This document shows positions 59,686 to 64,000 of a stretch of 64,000 nt of DNA, piece by piece (the first letter of the stretch is position 1; the number at the start of each line of letters is the position of its first letter). A program made the translations under genes and the position numbers. The notes below the pieces were generated by a model. It did no database searches and was not told the origin of the DNA. It saw only the letters and a program-made list of their open reading frames with translations. The stretch covers positions 12,586,001 through 12,650,000 of the forward strand of contig NC_058382.1 of assembly GCF_018350175.1 (NCBI RefSeq), in the 5' to 3' direction. The DNA comes from Felis catus. Taxonomy: Eukaryota.

Positions 59686-59779
59686 GTACCTCATGGCAGG
59701 GCCAAGCTCCAGCAGTGAGGATGAAGGGGGCTCTCACAGCGGCAGCAGCGGGGATGAAGCCCCCAAGCTCCCCCAAAAG
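59686..59779 (+). CDS. XRCC1: XRCC1 exon 11
   Basis: YLMAGPSSSSEDEGGSHSGSSGDEAPKLPQK. Confidence 0.93.
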
Positions 59780-59913
59780 GTCCTATGCCCCCTGTCGCGG
59801 TGGGGGAGGTGCGGTGGGAGGAGGACGTGGGTCTGTGGTGGTACCCCAGACTCTCCACTCCTGCCTTCTGTGAGAACACACGCTCACGCCCGTGCTGTCC
59901 CCTCCCTCCTCAG

Positions 59914-60046
59914 CGCCCTCAGACCAAAACCAAGCCCCCTCAGGCAGCAGGACCCAGCTCACCCCAGAGACCCACAACCCCAGAAGAGACCAAACCAGCC
60001 TCACCAGGGCCTCGGGAAGATACTGACACTGAGGGGGAACAGTCAG
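59914..60046 (+). CDS. XRCC1: XRCC1 exon 12
   Basis: RPQTKTKPPQAAGPSSPQRPTTPEETKPASPGPREDTDTEGEQS. Confidence 0.93.
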
Positions 60047-60347
60047 GTCAGAGCCTGAGAGGGGAGGGCCCTGGACTCCTGGGTCTAGGGAGGAGAAGGG
60101 GCTGGGGGCCTGGACTCCTGGGTCTGAAGGAGAATAAAGCTGGAAACCCAGGTTCCTATATCTAAGGAAGGTGGGGCTGGATCCCAGACAGTGGATCTGG
60201 GGGAGAGGAGGCTGAGGGTCCCAGGTAACTGGATCTGGAGGGCCCTTGAGCTTGGGGGTTGGCATGCCTGCATCTGTGTTTGGGCAAAAGACTGGAAGGG
60301 AGGATTACCAAGCACGTGCCTTGCATTGACTAAGCTTCCACCTGCAG

Positions 60348-60402
60348 AAGAACTGGGCAATGGGGCAGAAGATTCTGGGGATACTGAGGATGAGCTGAGA
60401 AG
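60348..60402 (+). CDS. XRCC1: XRCC1 exon 13
   Basis: ELGNGAEDSGDTEDELR. Confidence 0.92.
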
Positions 60403-60494
60403 GTAAAGCAGGGCTGGGGGTCAGGGTGGCCCCAGGCTCGGGTGGAGGGGATCTGAGCTGCACGCTCTTCCCCCACCCCTGTTGGCCCTCTCAG

Positions 60495-60634
60495 GGTGGC
60501 CGAGCAGAGGGAGCAAAAGCAGCCCCCTGACCAGGGGGAGAATGGCGAGGACCCGTATGCAGGATCCACAGATGAGAACACAGACAATGAGGGTCCCCCA
60601 GAGTCTCCTGACCTGCCAGTTCCGGAGCTCCCAG
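60495..60634 (+). CDS. XRCC1: XRCC1 exon 14 (CK2/FHA-binding YAGSTDEN motif)
   Basis: VAEQREQ...EDPYAGSTDENTDNE...DLPVPELP. Confidence 0.95.
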
Positions 60635-61685
60635 GTAGGAAATCCCTCCCTGCCTCCCGAAGTGGGATTGGTCTTTCTCACTTCTCCGCCAGCCCTGGGA
60701 TTGCTGCTGCTCCCCCTGCTCCTCGAGACTTGTGACTTGCCCCCCCACCTCCTTCCCCCGCAGTCCCTGCCTCTGCTACCTTCTTGTTGCCTTAGGCCTG
60801 TTCCCTTCTGCTTGGCATCCTCCCGCGACTTCTCTCTCGGTTCCCCCTCCTGACTTCCTGCTGTGACCACCTCCATCATAGCCCAGGGCTTTCCACCCAA
60901 GTGCGAACGGCACTTCCCTCATCTGCCCCCCCCGCCGGGTTCGGTTCTGTTGGTGTGGGATGTCACCCAGGCACACAGACGATGTGGGCACCGATCTCTG
61001 TTGGGACCCGGGTGCTGTTGGCATTGCTGTTTGTCACCCCAACATGAATGCAGGGGGCGCAGGCTGGGGGGCAAGGGTCAGAGCCTCGGCCAGTGGAGAA
61101 TGGAGGGAGAAGATGGGCAGCCAGCGCCTGAACAGAGGTGAGGGTCGGTGGCCACTGGAAGAGGCCGTTTCCACCCGGTTCCTTGTGGGTGACGGGCACG
61201 TAAGCGCTTTGATCCTCCATGGCCCCAGAAGTGGCATCAGCAAATTGATGGTCTGTAAAGTCCTGCTAAAATGGAACAAAGGAAAGAGGCATCCAGAAGG
61301 TCAGAGCCAGAGAAGGCACTGGCTGAAAAGGGGCGAGGCAGCCAAGGTGAAGAAGTGACAGGCTACAAAGCTTTTAACCGCACGGAGCTAGCTAAGTGCC
61401 ACCTGCCCATCTGGGATTTACCTCATGTAAGAAACACATTGCAGTAATAGTAATTCGTCTTTCACCATTAAAGGAAAAAAAAAAAAAAGCTCCAGAAAGG
61501 TTCTGATGGGCCTGCCCAACTGGGAACCGTCTGTGAGCGACATCTCTGCCAGGGTGTTCACAAACACCCCTCTCCGTCCACTCCACTGGCCTTCCAGTCT
61601 TGCCTCCAAGTGTTCTGCGGCTCCTGGCTGGTGCTTTGAAACTCCAGTGGCCTCACACTTGGCTCTCCCACCATCTCCCCTGCAG

Positions 61686-61776
61686 ACTTCTTCCAGGGCA
61701 AACACTTCTTCCTGTACGGGGAGTTCCCTGGGGACGAGCGGCGGAAGCTCAGCCGATATGTCACAGCCTTCAATGG
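61686..61776 (+). CDS. XRCC1: XRCC1 exon 15 (BRCT2)
   Basis: DFFQGKHFFLYGEFPGDERRKLSRYVTAFNG. Confidence 0.96.
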
Positions 61777-62163
61777 GTCAGTCTCCAGGGGGTGGGGGCA
61801 AGGGTAGGGAGGAGGGGTTGTGGGAAGGAAAGCGATCGGGCCCGTGGAGGAGGTGAAGGGCTGCAGGGTGGGCACAGGCCCTGCTCGCTCTGCTGGGCAT
61901 CCCTGGATAGATAGCTTCCCCTCCCATCCCCTTCTCTAAAATGAGGCTCCCCCGACCTGCCTTCTGAAAGGATTAGCAACAGTGGGAGGCCTCGGTTTTA
62001 GGGCTGTGGCAAGGTTGGCACGTGGGAGAACGGAAGGGGGTGCCCAGGTAGCCCTTGGGAGATGTAGGTGAGGAGGGAGGGAGGACGGCCTTGGAGAACA
62101 GTTGGGGGCTAAGATGTCCAGAGAGGGGACACCAGTCCTCTGCTTCCCTCCTTCTCCCGCCAG

Positions 62164-62239
62164 GGAACTTGAGGACTATATGAGCGACCGGGTCCAGTTT
62201 GTGATCACGGCACAGGAGTGGGACCCCAGTTTTGAGGAG
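62164..62239 (+). CDS. XRCC1: XRCC1 exon 16
   Basis: ELEDYMSDRVQFVITAQEWDPSFEE. Confidence 0.96.
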
Positions 62240-62343
62240 GTGAGTTCCGGCAGGGCAGGGAAAGGGCCACCCAACCGCCCTTGCGTCCCCTCCGTCCCCT
62301 CCTCACTCACACGTTCCCGTGTGCGCCCCACTCCACCCCGCAG

Positions 62344-62457
62344 GCCCTGATGGACAACCCCTCCTTGGTGTTCGTCCGCCCCCGATGGATCTACAGTTGC
62401 AACGAGAAGCGGAAGTTGCTTCCCCACCAGCTGTACGGGGTGGTGCCCCAGGCCTGA
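62344..62457 (+). CDS. XRCC1: XRCC1 exon 17 (last)
   Basis: ALMDNPSLVFVRPRWIYSCNEKRKLLPHQLYGVVPQA-stop; summed CDS 1896 nt = 631 aa. Confidence 0.96.
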   Translation, partial: ALMDNPSLVFVRPRWIYSCNEKRKLLPHQLYGVVPQA

Positions 62458-62534
62458 AGTGTGAGCCGCGTGTGCGTGCACGCGTGTACTCAGGCGCACA
62501 CACACCCGTGTGCGCACGCACACACGATGAGCTC

Positions 62535-62540
62535 AATAAA
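62535..62540 (+). terminator. XRCC1: XRCC1 polyadenylation signal AATAAA
   Basis: AATAAA 77 nt after stop. Confidence 0.85.
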
Positions 62541-63502
62541 GGTGACCTGTTGGGAACAGCTGGCCCTCTGTCTTACTTGGAAGTCTCCCAGAGGCTCCCA
62601 GCTTTCTGTCTTATGTTTGGTTTCTCCTTCCCTCTGAGGGCCAGGTGTCTCGGCCACCTTGAGACTCCTGTCCTGGGGTCCTGGAGAGAACGAGTAGCTC
62701 TCCATCAGGGGGTTGGTCGGGAAGAAGCTCTCTGTTACTTCTCCCTGGCCGTTTACCCCTAGGGTGGCAGGGAATTGAAGTTCTGAACCTCTGAGCCCAT
62801 TCCTGGGTCTTGTTTGTCCCTCGTGGGCCCTGGGCTGGAGGCCTGGGTGCTCATGAGGTATGCCTTTCTCTGGGAGTCCGTCTCAGCCCCCCTGGGCCAG
62901 GGACATCTCCCTTTCTCGGGGCTTTCAGAAGTGGCCGTATAACTGTCACCGGGATGTTTTACATTACCTCATTTGGGAAGTAAAATAGAGGAAGGGGCAT
63001 TTTAAGCAACCCACCCAAATCCTGGACCCCCTTCAAGCCTGCACCACATTTAAGTTGGGAACTGAGAGTGTGTTAGAGAGTCTGGGCGGAAGCTGGGATG
63101 GCATTCTGGGCGGAGGCCGTGGCGTGGGCCAAGGCCAGGACATGGGAACGAGCCTGGCTCCCCGGGGGCAGTTGCTTAAGAGACTTTAAGGGCAGATCTG
63201 TCTGGAAGGGTGGACGTAGCCCTTGCAGCTGTGCTGTCCAACGCGGATACAGGTAGCTATTTAAATGAACTGCACTGAAAGGAAAGGAAAATTTACTTCC
63301 TCGGCCACACTGGCCACACTTCAAGTGCTCAGTGGCTGCTGTAGTAGAGCGTACAGATAGAGAACAGTGACATCACTGCAGAAAGCAAGAGGACGGGGCT
63401 GTCCCGAAGGTCTGTGAACGCCAGGTCGAAAAGCTTGGACATTATCCTGTGGCCAGGGAGGTCAGGAAGGGGTCTGAGCAGAGCAAAGGGCAGTCAGAGG
63501 CA

Positions 63503-63945
63503 ACAAATTAGCCCAAACCCGGTGTCTTAAAACAACAGAAATGTAGAACCTTCCAGGTCTGGAGGTCTGAAGTCCAAAACGGGTCTTACTGGGCTAAAAC
63601 TCAGGATGTAGGCAGGGCCGTGTTCCTTCTGGAAGCTCTGGGGAAAATCTGCTTCCTTGTCTTTTCCCCAAATCCCCGATTCCCCTTCTGTATTCAAAGC
63701 CAGCAGTGGCAAGGGGAGTCTTTCACATCACCCTGACTTTGACTCTTCTGACGCCTGCCACCTTGAAAAGATCCTCGTGTTTACCTCGAGACCACCTGGA
63801 TACTCTGGGATAATCTCCATGTTTTAAAGTCAGCCAATTAGCAACTTTGATTTCTTCAACCGTAATTCCCCTTTGCCACATAGCATATTGGCGGGTTCCA
63901 GGGATTAGGATGTGGATGTCTTTGGGAGGCCATTGTTCTGCCCAC
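63503..63945 (-). mobile_element. MaLR (MLT1-like) LTR
   Basis: cttaaaacaacagaaat...tctggaggtctgaagtccaaaa...ggccattgttctgcc. Confidence 0.75.
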
Positions 63946-64000
63946 CGCGCCCGCTATGGGTGAGGCCGTGGAACTGCAGTGTGAAAAACAGATAAGGCCC

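Overview
Mammalian genomic DNA from a felid: it is dense in carnivore tRNA-derived SINEs of the SINEC_Fc type. The window is syntenic with the human 19q13.31 CADM4-XRCC1 cluster. Gene order: 3' end of CADM4 (+); ZNF428 (+, with a 156-N gap in its last exon); SRRM5 (-, single coding exon nested in ZNF428 intron 2 and overlapping ZNF428 coding exon 2); ZNF576 (-, 170 aa); IRGQ (+, 629 aa, head-to-head with ZNF576); PINLYP (-, 5 coding exons, 212 aa); complete XRCC1 (+, 17 exons, 631 aa, head-to-head with PINLYP). Exons were rebuilt by hand from GT-AG sites and frame continuity. Gene names and comparisons with human proteins rest on my recall of those proteins, not on a database search. The rest is SINE/LINE/LTR/DNA-transposon remnants and microsatellites, with approximate boundaries. 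I found no wholly new gene. The most interesting signals are: (1) ZNF428 and ZNF576 look like inverted paralogues sharing an unusual terminal zinc finger ending HARGE[V/L]-stop; (2) SRRM5 overlaps ZNF428 exon 2 in antisense with 41 dual-coding nt; (3) a 12 x 27-bp coding VNTR in SRRM5; (4) an octamer plus about 9 co-oriented ZNF143/Staf-like sites around the ZNF428 first exon; (5) a (CG)9(TG)10(CG)10 Z-DNA tract in the PINLYP/XRCC1 divergent promoter; (6) tail-to-tail inverted SINE pairs and MSR1-like minisatellites in XRCC1 introns.
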